From Chiloscyllium plagiosum (taxonomy: Eukaryota): a stretch of 64,000 nucleotides of DNA. Each line of letters starts with the position of its first letter. The first letter of the stretch is position 1. Both the position numbers and the translations under genes were made by a program. Positions 62,545 to 64,000 of the stretch are shown here, piece by piece. The notes below the pieces were generated by a model. The model was not told where the DNA came from and did no database searches. It saw only the letters and a program-made list of their open reading frames with translations. The stretch lies in NCBI RefSeq assembly GCF_004010195.1, contig NC_057759.1:6923853-6987852 (forward strand), in the 5' to 3' direction.

Positions 62545-64000
62545 AGTTTGCTTGCTGAGCTGGAAGGTTTGTTTTCAGATGTTTCATCACCATTCTAACT
62601 ATCATCATCAGTGTGCCTCTAGTTAAGCACTGGTGTTATGTCCACTTTCTATTTATGTGTTTAGTTTTCTTTGGGTGGGTAAACTTAGAACATAGAACAT
62701 TACAGCACAGTACAGGCCCTTCGGCCATTGATGTTGCACCAATTTGTGGAACCAATCTGAAGCCCATCAAACCTACACTTTTCCATTTTCATACATGTGT
62801 TTAGCCTATGACCAATTAAATGTCCTTAAAGTTGCCGAGTCTACTACCGTTGTAGACAGGCCGTTCCATGTCTCTACTACTCTGAGTAAAGAAACTAACT
62901 CTGACATCTGTTCTATACCTATCGCCCCTCAATTTAAAGTTATGCCGCTCGTGCTGGCTATCACCATCCGAGGAAAAGGGATCTCACTGTCCAGCCTTTC
63001 ACTTTAATGAAAACAGTCTCACATCTCTCAACATTTCTACATAAAACCTCCTCTCCATACCAGGCAACACCCTAATAAATCTCCTCTGAACTCTTTTAAA
63101 AGCTTCCACGTTCTTCCCATATTGCGAAGATCAGAACTGTGCGCAATTCTCAAAGTGTGTCCACCCCAGAGTTTTGTACAGCTGCAGCATGACCTCATGG
63201 CTCTGAAACTCGGTCCCTCTACAAACGCACCATATGCCTTCTTAACAACGTTATCAACCAGTGTGACAACTTTCATGAATCAATGTACATGGGCACTGAG
63301 ACCTTCCTACCCATCTACACTTCCAAGAATCTTGCCATTAGCCCAGGACTCTTCACTCATGTTACTCCTTCCAATGTAAATCATCTTCCACTTTACCCCA
63401 TTAAACTCCATTTGCCACCTCTCAGCCAGCTCTGCAGTGTATCTGTGTCCCTCTGTAACCCAAAACTTCCTTCTTCATTGTCCACAAATCTACCGACCTT
63501 ACTAACCCATTCTTCTACGCTCTCATCCAGGTCATTTACAAAAATGACAAAACTCATTGACCTCAAAACAGATCCTTGCGGTACACCACAAGTAATTGAA
63601 CTCCAGGATGAACATTTCCCACCAACCATCACCCTCTGTCTTCTTTCAGCTAGACAATTTCTGATCCAAACCGTGTAATCACCCTCAATCCCATGCCTCC
63701 GTATTTTGTGCAATAGCCTACATAGGTGATGTAATTTATTCCTCTTTGCCTCAAAGGATGGTAGCTGAGGTCCCGATCGATGTGTTTATTGAAAGACATC
63801 CAGCTGAAATGCCAAGGTTTTAGGAATTCTCGTGCGTGTCTCGGTTTGGCATGTTCGTGGATGGATGTTTATCCCAGTCAAAGTGGCTTTCTTCTTCGTC
63901 AGTGTGTAAGGATAATTAGTGAGAGTGGGCCATGTCTTTTTGTGGCTAACTGATGTTCGTGTATCCTGGTGGCTAGTTTACTGCCTGTTTGTCTGAAATA
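62545..64000 (-). mobile_element. Penelope-like element (GIY-YIG C-terminus and pLTR with a degenerate hammerhead), split by a CR1 insertion
   Basis: Reverse strand from 64000 reads 'YFRQTGSKLATRIHEHQLATKRH...HFDW'; CTGATGA...GAAAC-ATC motif at 62575-62614. Confidence 0.8.
62685..63722 (-). mobile_element. CR1-clade LINE 3' half
   Basis: ORF 63393-63713 'WIRNCLAERRQRVMV..GVPQGSVL..FVNDLD'; the tail reads 'agaacatagaacat' on the + strand. Confidence 0.9.

Noticed and set aside
60085..64000. Search for a transmembrane or cytoplasmic exon of the receptor
   Set aside because: Region is almost entirely CR1 and Penelope sequence; hydrophobic ORFs here (e.g. 62613-62804) derive from repeats

Overview
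Repeat-rich vertebrate genomic DNA, most likely from a shark (inferred from HE1-type SINEs, HER1/CR1 LINEs and Penelope-like elements). The one host gene is a + strand, multi-exon Fc-receptor-like (FCRL-type) Ig-superfamily receptor. It has a candidate lymphoid promoter and 5'UTR exons near 34.5-35.2 kb, a split leader (31 coding nt at 45493-45523 plus a 30-nt mini-exon at 47093-47122) and five phase-1/phase-1 C2-type Ig exons (51800-60084). No transmembrane or cytoplasmic exon is visible, so the gene probably continues past the window end. The third Ig exon appears to be decaying: its acceptor reads AA instead of AG and its first Cys is Tyr. Upstream are a pseudogenised copy of the second Ig exon with about 3.5 kb of its intron (18.7-22.4 kb) and a 2-kb direct duplication (2.0-4.1 kb vs 16.5-18.6 kb), consistent with birth-and-death evolution of a receptor cluster. 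The least obvious signal is about eleven minimal type-I hammerhead-ribozyme motifs carried by several Penelope-like families; they show stem covariation, and one has a U3-A8 core variant. Almost all ORFs in the supplied track are decayed retroelement fragments or chance ORFs. Repeat boundaries are approximate; exon boundaries were read at base level. No database search was possible.
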